Assembly: GCF_001412615.1 (NCBI RefSeq)
Contig: NZ_CP013011.1
Coordinates: 1,590,001-1,622,000, forward strand
Length of the DNA stretch: 32,000 nucleotides
Direction: 5' to 3'
Source of the DNA: Pyrodictium delaneyi
GTDB lineage: Archaea; Thermoproteota; Thermoprotei_A; Sulfolobales; Pyrodictiaceae
Shown: in pieces, positions 8,932 to 17,735 of the stretch
Numbering within the stretch: the first letter of the stretch is position 1
Layout of the letters: each line of letters starts with the position of its first letter
The notes under the pieces: generated by a model
What the model was told of the DNA's origin: nothing
Seen by the model: only the letters and a program-made list of their open reading frames with translations
The model's database searches: none
Translations under genes and position numbers: made by a program

Positions 8932-9951
8932 ATGAAGCCACGCATATTCATTACTCGTAGGCTTCCCGGCCCCTGCTTTGAGAAGTTCCTAGAGGAGTTC
9001 GAAGCGGAAGTATGGCCAGAGTGGCAGCATCCACCCTACGAGGTCTTGCTCGAGAAGGCTAGAGAGGTTGATGGTATAGTTTCGTTACTGAGTGACAAGA
9101 TAGATTGCCAGCTTCTAACCGAGGGCGCTAAACACGGTCTTAAGATAGTAGCACAGTACGCCGTCGGCTACGATAATATAGACGTCGATTGCGCTACCCG
9201 GAACGGCATATACGTTACCAACACACCCAGCGTACTGACAGAGGCTACCGCTGAGCTCACATGGGCTCTTATACTTGCCACCGCTAGGAGGATAGTCGAA
9301 GCAGACGCCTATGTTAGGAGTGGTGAGTGGTACCGTAGTGGTACAGGATGGCACCCGGAACTTCTCCTAGGCATGGAGCTGGAGGGTAAGACTCTCGGCA
9401 TTATAGGGTTTGGCAGGATAGGGCGGGCAGTGGCACGTATAGGGGCTAAGGGCTTTGGTATGCGCATCCTCTACTATAGCAGACACCGAGCACCAGAGGA
9501 TGTTGAAAAGGAACTAAATGCCGAGTATGCGCCACTAGACAGGTTACTACGCGAATCTGATATAGTTAGTATACACGTACCATTGACTCCGAAGACCAGA
9601 TACATGATCGGCGAGAGAGAGCTACGTCTAATGAAACCTACAGCGATACTCGTAAACACTGCCCGCGGCGCAGTAATAGATACCAACGCGCTCGTAAAGG
9701 CGCTAAAGGAGGGATGGATCGCTGGTGCCGGGCTCGACGTATTCGAGCAAGAACCATTACCACCAGACCACCCCTTAACTAAGCTTCCAAACGTCGTACT
9801 AGCACCCCACATAGGTAGCGCAACAAGAGAGACCAGAGAGAGAATGACATGCGCAGTACTTGAGAACCTACTAGCCTTCAAACGCGGAGAAGTACCACCA
9901 AACCTGGTAAACCCTGAAGTTGTCGAGAAGCGTAAACCAGGCTTCGACTAA
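8932..9951 (+). CDS. gyaR: Glyoxylate/hydroxypyruvate reductase (D-2-hydroxyacid dehydrogenase family)
   Basis: The protein is near-colinear with the remembered Pyrococcus GyaR: MKPRIFITR..., [35 protein letters not shown] (NAD fold), [39 protein letters not shown] and the C-terminal KRKPGF. Confidence 0.92.
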   Translation: MKPRIFITRRLPGPCFEKFLEEFEAEVWPEWQHPPYEVLLEKAREVDGIVSLLSDKIDCQLLTEGAKHGLKIVAQYAVGYDNIDVDCATRNGIYVTNTPSVLTEATAELTWALILATARRIVEADAYVRSGEWYRSGTGWHPELLLGMELEGKTLGIIGFGRIGRAVARIGAKGFGMRILYYSRHRAPEDVEKELNAEYAPLDRLLRESDIVSIHVPLTPKTRYMIGERELRLMKPTAILVNTARGAVIDTNALVKALKEGWIAGAGLDVFEQEPLPPDHPLTKLPNVVLAPHIGSATRETRERMTCAVLENLLAFKRGEVPPNLVNPEVVEKRKPGFD

Positions 9952-9997
9952 CATCCTTTCCCTCAACCCTTTTCTACGCGTCTTGGAGGAGAATGAG

Positions 9998-10015
9998 TAA
10001 AAATGAAATAAAAGG
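9998..10015 (-). terminator. Candidate oligo-T termination signal after gdhA
   Basis: On the minus strand the 3' flank of gdhA reads ccttttatttcattttta (a T4 and a T5 run) within 35 nt of the stop. Archaeal termination commonly uses oligo-T tracts. Confidence 0.35.
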
Positions 10016-10030
10016 TATAATTTATATAAT

Positions 10031-11299
10031 TTAAAGAAGGCCGCGAAGCTGCATTGCCTCTACTACGCGTTTAACTGCCAATGCGTAAGCAGCATCCCTC
10101 ATCGTATGTTTTCCTGGCTCGAGCTCTCTATGCCAGAACTCCCATAGAGCTATGGAACTTTTAGCCATCTTCTCCTCGAGTCTGCGGCGTGCTTCGTCCT
10201 CGCTTATCCACTTTCCAGTGCGATTGTCTACCCACTCTATGTGACTCATTATGACACCACCCGCGTTTGCAAGTATGTCAGGTACTATGACGACGCCCTT
10301 GCGTGATAGGTATTCGTCAGCAGCTGCTGTGACTGGTCCATTAGCACCCTCTACTATGAGCTTAGCCTTTATCCTAGGAGCATTCTCCTCAGTTATAACA
10401 TCCTCTATGGCTGCTGGTATCAATACATCTACGTTGAGTTCTAGGAGCTCTTCATTCGTGAGCCTTTTCTCGGCCTTATTGAAGTTGGTTACTGATCCGG
10501 TTTTGTTCTTTATCTGCTTTATCTCGTCCGGATTGAGGCCTTTTGAGTAGTATATACCGCCCTTGCTATCGCTTACGGCTACAATTATTGCACCCATCTC
10601 ATGGAGGAATTTTGCAGCGTAATAGCCGACGTTGCCATAGCCCTGTATGGCTACGGTTTTTCCTTCTATTCCTCCCCACATCTTCTTTGCAATTTCTCTA
10701 GTTGCTACGGCTACACCGAATCCTGTAGCTATTATCCTAGTCTCAAAACCCCCAAGGAGCTTGGGCTTTCCAGTTATTACTCCGAACTTGTTTTCTCCTG
10801 TAAGCCTGTAGTACTCATCCATCATCCATGCCATTATCTGTGGATTAGTGTAGACATCGGGTGCGGGTATGTCAGTGTCTGGGCCTATGTATTTGTATAT
10901 ACCACGTATGTAGCCACGTGATAGCTCTTCAAGCTCTCTCTTTGTGAGCATATGAGGGTCTACTTTGACTCCACCCTTGCCTCCACCGTAGGGTAACTCT
11001 GCTAGTGCATTCTTCCACGTCATCATCATGCTCAGCGCTATTACCTCCTCCATGGTTACAGCCGGGTGGAAACGAATACCACCTTTGTATGGGCCTAGAG
11101 CACTGTTGTGCTGACTCCTCCATCCAATGAAGACTTTAACTCTACCATCTTCCATACGTACCGGTATCTTTACCTGAATGACGCGTTCTGGATAGCGTAA
11201 AGCGTTATATGTATCTTCATCGTATCCTAGAAGGTTGACTGCACGATGGAGAATCTTTTCTGCCTCAACAAGAAGGCGGCGCGAATCCATAGAGGACAT
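10031..11299 (-). CDS. gdhA: Glutamate dehydrogenase
   Basis: The 422-aa product carries GPYKGGIRFHP, PYGGGKGGVKVDP, the dinucleotide fold VAIQGYGNVGYYAA and NAGGV near the C-terminus. Confidence 0.95.
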   Translation of the reverse strand: MSSMDSRRLLVEAEKILHRAVNLLGYDEDTYNALRYPERVIQVKIPVRMEDGRVKVFIGWRSQHNSALGPYKGGIRFHPAVTMEEVIALSMMMTWKNALAELPYGGGKGGVKVDPHMLTKRELEELSRGYIRGIYKYIGPDTDIPAPDVYTNPQIMAWMMDEYYRLTGENKFGVITGKPKLLGGFETRIIATGFGVAVATREIAKKMWGGIEGKTVAIQGYGNVGYYAAKFLHEMGAIIVAVSDSKGGIYYSKGLNPDEIKQIKNKTGSVTNFNKAEKRLTNEELLELNVDVLIPAAIEDVITEENAPRIKAKLIVEGANGPVTAAADEYLSRKGVVIVPDILANAGGVIMSHIEWVDNRTGKWISEDEARRRLEEKMAKSSIALWEFWHRELEPGKHTMRDAAYALAVKRVVEAMQLRGLL

Positions 11300-11410
11300 G
11301 TCAGATGTACCCCCTCCATATGCATTATAATATTACATACGCCAGGATTTAACATGCACGTTTAAGTTGTCTAGTGGTACTCCCGAGGGTCTAAATTGTG
11401 GTGAACGTCT

Positions 11411-11863
11411 ATGTATAGAAAGACAGAGTTTAGTCATCTCGTAGAAGGAACAATAGTGATAATCGACCTTGATAGGTTCAGTGAAGTTGTAGAGGAGAGG
11501 GGATGGAGCGAATACAGCCCAAACCCGGCTACAGGGCTTCTAACAAGACTCATAGAGATGTTTGCAAGGAGATGGCAAGGTGTCATTATCTACGGCTTCG
11601 ACGAAGAACGTGGCACCGAGGAAGTAGTTATAGAGATACCGCTAGTTGAACCCGAAGAACTTCTACCGGATCTAGAGAAGATAAAACAAGAGCTAAACAG
11701 TATCGGAGTTGGAATCACCATCGTAGCCCTTAAGGGGTATGTGCTTGGCAAACCTGCCGCAGATAGAAGGGAAGCCTATACAGCTACACCATTTAGGCGT
11801 AGAGCTCTAGCACTTCTAAGAAAGGCTAAACGCCGTGGAGGCAACACGGTGATTATAGCCTAG
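11411..11863 (+). CDS. Minimal GGDEF-like / nucleotidyl-cyclase palm-domain protein (150 aa)
   Basis: IVIIDLDRFSEVV resembles the GGDEF hhhDlDhFKxxND strand. YGFDEERGTEEVVIEIP sits at the GGDEF-hairpin position. The C-terminal ALALLRKAKRRGGNTVI resembles ALYxAKxxGRNxV. The order and spacing fit a single palm domain with no sensor domain. The assignment rests on motifs only. Confidence 0.55.
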   Translation: MYRKTEFSHLVEGTIVIIDLDRFSEVVEERGWSEYSPNPATGLLTRLIEMFARRWQGVIIYGFDEERGTEEVVIEIPLVEPEELLPDLEKIKQELNSIGVGITIVALKGYVLGKPAADRREAYTATPFRRRALALLRKAKRRGGNTVIIA

Positions 11864-11948
11864 CGTCTACATTCAGCTATACGACATAATTATTAGATGA
11901 CAGTGTACTGCTGTCGCTGACCGCACAGCGATACATGTGAGATGTCTT

Positions 11949-13151
11949 TTATGCCTCCTCCACCGTGGTATAGTTTAGCGCTGTATAACTTGGCACACGT
12001 TCCACAGTTTTAACCTCAACGTAGCTGCTACTCTCCGCACTTGGCAGCTTAGCAACTCCTAGGAGCCCTGCAAGCTTAGCTTCAAGCTCATCCGGGGGTA
12101 GCTTCTTCAAAGCCCTTGCAGCTTCATAGAGCTTCGCGAAGGGTTTGCTCGTTCCCCGGTATGTAGCGCCATTACTTGCGACTTCGAGAAGTATCCACGC
12201 GTTGAATAAAGCTCGTGCTTCAAAACTGTTAACAAGACTTTCATGTGTCACGTTAAACAAGCTAGAAGCTTTCTTGACAAATTCCCGATAGATGTCTACC
12301 TCGTTTTCACGCAATGTTGCTGGACCGAAGCGTACTTTTTGTCCACTTATATGGCGTTCACCGAGCCCTGGGACTATTATCTTACCAAAGGCCGCCTTAT
12401 GTCGCCAGGTTTGCGTATCACCGCTATCTATACCAATTATCTTTAAGAGAGGTATCACTGCTGCAGAAGCGAGGCCAAGGGCATGAAGCTTGCCACGCCA
12501 CAACTTACGTAGAAGAGTGAGAAATAGGACTGCCTTGAGCCGCGAACCTTTACCCGATCTTTGCATGAAATGTGGTATCAAACCGCCAACGGCAGCAATA
12601 CACGAGTGCGGCTCATAACTGCGTAGCTGTAGTCGCAGCGACTCGCCTACAGCCATATGGAATACGGGAATTAGTCTTCCTTCCTCTACGAGACCTCGTA
12701 GCGTATTCTTAAGCGACATATAGCTGGATATTGTTCTTGCTATCTTCCGTGCTCTGGTCTCATTATCGTCAAGTGGGCCTGGAGGATAATCCAGGCTTAT
12801 ATAATAGTCTGCATCAACTTCCCTGTAAACCTTTGCTATTTTATAAGTACCCGGATCGATACCTCGTCTAAGAAACTGGTAACCACCACTGTCGATCCAC
12901 AATTCTACGTCATCATTATCTATTCCGAGTAACTTGCGAAGACCCCTCCCACGTACACGACTTAAACCAACCCTTAGTATATCGTAAGCGTTAACCATTA
13001 TCCCAGATACTGGGAGGGTAAGCCATGGATGAGGGACCGCGTTTATAGGCGTTCCTAGAATCAGTTTGAATCCGCCCATGGTAGTGCGCCAAGTGTTAGG
13101 TATTATCAACCACGATGATAGACTAAAGGTATTATCCACAGGAACGAACAT
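11949..13151 (-). CDS. tRNA-guanine transglycosylase (TGT) superfamily catalytic-domain protein without Zn site or PUA domain (ArcS/DpdA-like)
   Basis: Motifs are colinear with remembered archaeal ArcTGT. WIDSGGYQFL matches EVDSGSFQL (catalytic Asp). ISLDYPPGP matches FLDIPTPP. AAVGGLIPHF matches PIGGVVPLL. LHALGLAS...IGIDSGDTQTW matches HLFGAGHP...GVDLFDSASY (second catalytic Asp). No CxCxxC...H zinc motif follows, and the protein ends about 130 aa later without C1/C2/PUA domains. An alternative start is MGGFKL at 13079. Confidence 0.65.
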   Translation of the reverse strand: MFVPVDNTFSLSSWLIIPNTWRTTMGGFKLILGTPINAVPHPWLTLPVSGIMVNAYDILRVGLSRVRGRGLRKLLGIDNDDVELWIDSGGYQFLRRGIDPGTYKIAKVYREVDADYYISLDYPPGPLDDNETRARKIARTISSYMSLKNTLRGLVEEGRLIPVFHMAVGESLRLQLRSYEPHSCIAAVGGLIPHFMQRSGKGSRLKAVLFLTLLRKLWRGKLHALGLASAAVIPLLKIIGIDSGDTQTWRHKAAFGKIIVPGLGERHISGQKVRFGPATLRENEVDIYREFVKKASSLFNVTHESLVNSFEARALFNAWILLEVASNGATYRGTSKPFAKLYEAARALKKLPPDELEAKLAGLLGVAKLPSAESSSYVEVKTVERVPSYTALNYTTVEEA

Positions 13152-13549
13152 TGATATAATAAACCCGAGTTAAAGCATACAACTATAAGTCTTCATCTAG
13201 AGGACATAGCTGTGGGGATGAAGAGGCTCGAAAGGGCAGAGACCCGGCAATAGTGCCGGGTCAACCTATGAAGAGCCGCGCAGCACAGACCCTCCTACGA
13301 ATGCCAATTATTAGACACTTTTACTCACTCCTTAAGCTACACTTAGGAAGCAACTATTGATGAATAATACATTAGAGAACTCAGGTACATGCCGAAGAAT
13401 CCTAGCCTCGAGTGAATCCTATTCTTATTAGCCGCCTACTATGAGACTAATATAATGTGTATGTATGGATGATGACGTTACGCACTCTTAGAGCCCTTTC
13501 CATTCCATAGCTTTCGAGAAAGTCTACAAGGGCGATGAAAGAGGCCACC

Positions 13550-13972
13550 TCACTGACACTCAATTACACATTCGTAGGATGAGTCTTTACATTCTACCCT
13601 AGCTATGACCTCGCCTTTCTCTCCATTCATAATACTCAACCTGGCTGTACCACAGCCTAGCTCCTTAACGACCAGTACATTGCCCAATCTGTTGTCTCGT
13701 TGCTCCTCAAGTACCACATTCCTCAATCCCGCCCCACTATATAATGCGTATATATCCATAGCCAATAGTCTAATGGTGTGGATCATTCTGGCTTTGTCTT
13801 CTCTACATAGCCTCAATCCTATGGATTTACAAGATATTCTCAGCAACGTCTCTATGGGAGAATCATAAGGATCTATATCCGTAGCTCTTCCTGTATTTGC
13901 AGCAGACAATGCTCCTTGCACTGTGACAGCCCTAACACGGGCCAAGCTCGTTTCCACCCTACTTTGGCTCAT
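13550..13972 (-). CDS. Hypothetical protein (140 aa) with C-terminal C-x6-C-x3-C, translationally coupled to the radical-SAM gene
   Basis: Its start overlaps the stop of the upstream radical-SAM gene by 14 nt on the same strand. The C-terminus is ARVECKDSSYECVIECQ. I recognise no family. Confidence 0.55.
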   Translation of the reverse strand: MSQSRVETSLARVRAVTVQGALSAANTGRATDIDPYDSPIETLLRISCKSIGLRLCREDKARMIHTIRLLAMDIYALYSGAGLRNVVLEEQRDNRLGNVLVVKELGCGTARLSIMNGEKGEVIARVECKDSSYECVIECQ

Positions 13973-14726
13973 AGTAGAACCTAGGCTTTAACCCTAGAAG
14001 TTTTAGTCTACGCTTAGCAGGTGAATAGAGTACCAGAGGCTCTACTTCTATGTTCTCAACTATATCGGGTCCTGCAAGCTCAACTAGCTCCTCGATCAAC
14101 TGTGCCCAACACTTCTCAGAACCAAATGCCGCAAACAAAGCTACATGGAAGCTTAGGCCATAGTCGGCTAGATGTTTTACGGCATTAAGGGGGTACTCGA
14201 AAGCTCTAGGCATAGCACCCGTCAGTTTCGTGAATAATTCTGGACTACACGCTTTTATAGAAATACGGACATGTAGTCTATTATACCTGGCTAGGGTTCT
14301 AGCATACTCGCGCCGGGCCCCAATAAGTATACCATTGGTCTCTAGTATGAAGAGCCTATCACTAGTAGACTCAAAATGATCTAATAGTTTTACTAGATGT
14401 TTGAACCCTATAGTTGGCTCGCCTCCTGAAAGCCTCACATATCTATAACCATGAGCCTTGGCTATGCTCTCAAGTCTCTTATAGGCCTCCAGGGGGTGTA
14501 CAAAGAATCCTATCCTGAGATCATCGCGTGGTCTCCCTGTCCAACAAAATGCACAGCGCAGATTACATCCAACTACATCACCCACCGCGCTTCCGCCATA
14601 GAAGCGGCTCCCACGGAAACGATAGTACTTGCGACGAGTACCTTGGAGGACACGCTGCTCTATTAGATCAGCTAGCTTAACTGGGTCAAAACCCCTTATC
14701 TCCGCCTCTTTACTCATCTCAGACAC
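13959..14726 (-). CDS. Radical SAM enzyme (small NrdG/PflA/QueE/RaSEA-like activase-type fold)
   Basis: CNLRCAFCW is the CxxxCxxC cluster motif, VRLSGGEPT is the SAM-binding GGE motif, and ILETNG follows. There is no SPASM or twitch Cys cluster in the C-terminal half. The start is GTG at 14726 or ATG at 14717. Confidence 0.85.
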   Translation of the reverse strand: MSEMSKEAEIRGFDPVKLADLIEQRVLQGTRRKYYRFRGSRFYGGSAVGDVVGCNLRCAFCWTGRPRDDLRIGFFVHPLEAYKRLESIAKAHGYRYVRLSGGEPTIGFKHLVKLLDHFESTSDRLFILETNGILIGARREYARTLARYNRLHVRISIKACSPELFTKLTGAMPRAFEYPLNAVKHLADYGLSFHVALFAAFGSEKCWAQLIEELVELAGPDIVENIEVEPLVLYSPAKRRLKLLGLKPRFYYEPK

Positions 14727-14934
14727 GCCACCGGTATAAGCTATGACAGCATAGTGGCGTTAGTTTGCGCACCTCTAGGGGGCCTTATATATGGGATTCT
14801 AGTTCTGAACACGTAATAATGGATGAGTGAAAGAACCCCGGCGGAGCCTCCGCACTATCAATAAATCTTATGGTACATGCTTAGAGGGCGCGGAGGGATG
14901 AAGAGGTCCTATCCTGACTGACTCACGGTTATGT

Positions 14935-15831
14935 TTACCGTAGTATTATATTGAAGCTTTTCTCTGGTACATTGAACAGTTTGGCTACTACATTACATGG
15001 TGCTGCAAAGAGAAACAACAATGGCGCCTCCGGAGGGTTATTGTGGAAATATAATGTCTGTATATCACCCTTGACTACTACCAGTGATGCTTCATTTAAC
15101 TGTTCATAGATATGCTCGTTCTCATCCCTCATAACTGTCGCTGCATCCGACCCTATGTCTATGACCTCCGACAGAAGGTCAGCTACACCGGTTACCTCCA
15201 GGTCATTTGCTATTACATAATCCTCATATCTTCCACTACGTGCTACCCCGATTACTCCGAGGCCAAGCTCGTCCCGCAAAAGCTTAATGAATATAGAATC
15301 ATAAGGCAGCTCGAATACAGACCCGAACATATAGTATACAATCCCGCCATTCTTCTTCATCTCATATAACTTATCTATAACAATCTTTGTATCATCTCGC
15401 CCTATCTTGTGCGATGATCCTAAGGCAGCTATGTCTACTACTGTAGGCGGCTCTGTCAGCAACTTGTCGGGAGTGTCTAGAGGACGGAAACCTGTGGCAA
15501 GACTAGCCGCCTTTAGAGCATCCGCTATCTTTCTATCAAGAGGTTTGTCTTTTATAGACTCTTCAATTGACTTAGCTCGGGATATAGCCTTGTTTAAGTT
15601 CCGCTGAATTATCTCCTCATATGGGGAGTCGTTACCCACTAGGGTCTTGAGCCTCCTAAACGAGACCGTGGCTAGCTCAGCTACCTCTATGTCTGGACCT
15701 ATGTAGAGATTTACAGCCTCAAGGAGTTCACGGTATATAGCTAGTTTTCTAGCATTATCGTTCTCGCGAGTATCCAGTTCGACAGCTCTCTTGAAGAGTG
15801 TACAAGCCACACAATAAGGTGTTACGTGCAA
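14935..15831 (-). CDS. DUF89 / ARMT1-like (damage-control phosphatase family) protein, apparently degenerate active site
   Basis: The N-terminal MHVTPYCVACTLFKRAVE matches the DUF89 subfamily-I ECxxCxxRQ start. The ~298-aa length and the VVKGDIQTLY position match KGxxNxE. The DNxGE metal motif position reads MFGSVFELPYD. Confidence 0.5.
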   Translation of the reverse strand: MHVTPYCVACTLFKRAVELDTRENDNARKLAIYRELLEAVNLYIGPDIEVAELATVSFRRLKTLVGNDSPYEEIIQRNLNKAISRAKSIEESIKDKPLDRKIADALKAASLATGFRPLDTPDKLLTEPPTVVDIAALGSSHKIGRDDTKIVIDKLYEMKKNGGIVYYMFGSVFELPYDSIFIKLLRDELGLGVIGVARSGRYEDYVIANDLEVTGVADLLSEVIDIGSDAATVMRDENEHIYEQLNEASLVVVKGDIQTLYFHNNPPEAPLLFLFAAPCNVVAKLFNVPEKSFNIILR

Positions 15832-16013
15832 GCACTACACCTTGATCCTGCCGATTCTTACTGTAGTATACCCAGCTAAGAAGTCATTACTCCGGCTGAT
15901 AACATTGAAACTCCATCTTTATTACGCGTAGCCATTTATCTGCTTCATTTGTTGCTCCCTTAAGATTGAATCGCCTAACTGTGAAGGGGCTATCTAAAAA
16001 GAAAACTATCCGA

Positions 16014-16550
16014 CTAGCTCTTGGCCCTATAACGCTCAATGGCCTCTTTTATCCTCCGTTTAGCCTCTTCGGGGCCTAGCCACTCTCGCACTTTAACCCA
16101 CTTGCCGGGCTCTAGCTCCTTATAGTGCTCAAAGAAGTGCTTAATGCGCTCCTTGATAATCTCAGGTAGATCATCCACGCTCTTTATATTCTTGAAGCTG
16201 GGATCCAGCTTATCCTTAGGTACCGCTACTATCTTGCTGTCTGGACCTTCCTCATCCTCCATTACCAGTACTCCTATAGGACGTGCTTCTATGACTGTGC
16301 CTGGCAGAACGGGCTGTGCAGTTATGACGAGCACATCTACCGGATCGCCGTCCTCCTCGAGTGTCCCAGGTATAAAGCCGTAGTTGAACGGATAAACCAT
16401 TGCTGTGTACAGGAAGCGGTCAACCTTTACTACGTCTGCCTTCTCATCATACTCGTACTTTACGTTGCTACCCATGGGTATCTCTATGAACACGTTCACT
16501 ATTTCTGGGGCTTTCTCGCCAGGCCCTAGTCTCTCGTGTATAGATGCCAT
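16014..16550 (-). CDS. ppa: Inorganic pyrophosphatase (family I)
   Basis: The 178-aa product carries [37 protein letters not shown] and DSKIVAVP, the classic family I PPase signature. Confidence 0.95.
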   Translation of the reverse strand: MASIHERLGPGEKAPEIVNVFIEIPMGSNVKYEYDEKADVVKVDRFLYTAMVYPFNYGFIPGTLEEDGDPVDVLVITAQPVLPGTVIEARPIGVLVMEDEEGPDSKIVAVPKDKLDPSFKNIKSVDDLPEIIKERIKHFFEHYKELEPGKWVKVREWLGPEEAKRRIKEAIERYRAKS

Positions 16551-16728
16551 GATGTCCCCACCATGTTTCGTACCCTATAGCGAATTGTACGGGTATTAAG
16601 CTGTTAACACGATGTCACAATATAGTATCGTCTATGCCTCACGGCCGTTATTCCTGCTAACAATAACCTGGGTCAGCCTCTTTAGCCCCTCTGGCTCTAC
16701 CATCCCGGCTCCATGGATGGGGATGTAA

Positions 16729-17298
16729 ATGGGCATAGACAAGGAAAAGATTGAACATGCTGTAAGACTAATCCTTGAGGCCATCGGGGAAGACCCAGAC
16801 AGAGAAGGTCTTAGGGATACGCCGAGACGTGTAGCAGAGATGTTCGAGGAGATCCTCGCGGGGTACAAGGATAGCGAAGAGTATACATGGTTCACCGAGA
16901 CTAGCGATCTCGTTGTAGTCTCTGGTATAAGGTTCTATAGCTTATGTGAACACCATATACTACCATTCTTCGGTGTCGCACATGTAGCCTATCTACCAAG
17001 GGGCCGGGTCATAGGACTATCGAAGATCGTGCGCATAGTTAACAAGTACGCGAGAAGGCTACAGATACAGGAACGTATGACACAGCAGATAGCCGAGGAG
17101 GTTTCACGCGCAACTGGTTCGCCAGACGTTATGGTGGTGACAGAGGCTGTACACCTTTGCATGGCAATGAGGGGTGTGAGGACGCCAGCACCGACCGTGG
17201 TTGCAGCTGTTCGTGGCGCATTTGCGACACGGAGCAGCCTTAAGGACGAGGTCTACAGAATTATAGAGCCTCACAGGTTCCGGGGCTTTCCACTTTGA
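16729..17298 (+). CDS. folE: GTP cyclohydrolase I (FolE type IA)
   Basis: Motifs present are [49 protein letters not shown] and RLQIQERMT. The minus-strand ORF 16632-16895 is a shadow. Confidence 0.95.
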   Translation: MGIDKEKIEHAVRLILEAIGEDPDREGLRDTPRRVAEMFEEILAGYKDSEEYTWFTETSDLVVVSGIRFYSLCEHHILPFFGVAHVAYLPRGRVIGLSKIVRIVNKYARRLQIQERMTQQIAEEVSRATGSPDVMVVTEAVHLCMAMRGVRTPAPTVVAAVRGAFATRSSLKDEVYRIIEPHRFRGFPL

Positions 17299-17735
17299 GT
17301 TCCACGCACTACTTCATATAATGCAATTGCGAGCGAAGCCGCAACATTATAGCTCATCCCTTGTACGACTGTGGGTATTTTTGCCACAGCTTTGGGCTCC
17401 GGTATAGCTTCTACTACGTGTTGTGGTATACCGTAATCCTCAGCACCTATCACGACTACTATTCTTTCATGGCTAAACTCTACTTCATGCAGATACTTTG
17501 TACCATATGTCTCTAATACTACATACATTGCTTCACCTATAGCATTGACAGTTTCTTCCATACTCTGGACTATGTGTAGTCTTGTACGTGCTTTTTGCTG
17601 AAGCATTTCAAGCTTATAGTCTACGCCAGGCCGGGGTATAACGTAGAGGTCAGCCCTGATAGATGCAGCCAGAGCCGCCACGTCATGGAGGTTTTGGGGG
17701 TTCTTGGGATGGTAGAAGATAACGTTGACCTTCAC
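17271..17735 (-). CDS. SPOUT-superfamily (SpoU/TrmH-TrmL-like) RNA 2'-O-methyltransferase
   Basis: The ~154-aa product carries [11 protein letters not shown] and [23 protein letters not shown] (SpoU motifs 2 and 3). The start is GTG at 17735. Its 3' end overlaps the folE 3' end by 28 nt (convergent). Confidence 0.8.
   Translation of the reverse strand: MKVNVIFYHPKNPQNLHDVAALAASIRADLYVIPRPGVDYKLEMLQQKARTRLHIVQSMEETVNAIGEAMYVVLETYGTKYLHEVEFSHERIVVVIGAEDYGIPQHVVEAIPEPKAVAKIPTVVQGMSYNVAASLAIALYEVVRGTQSGKPRNL

Noticed and set aside
13215-14906. Shared 12-mer gggatgaagagg at 13215 and 14895, upstream of the TGT-like and radical-SAM genes, as a possible common operator
   Set aside because: About 30 chance 12-mer repeats are expected in a 32-kb window. 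The two copies also sit at very different distances from their genes (about 65 and 170 nt).
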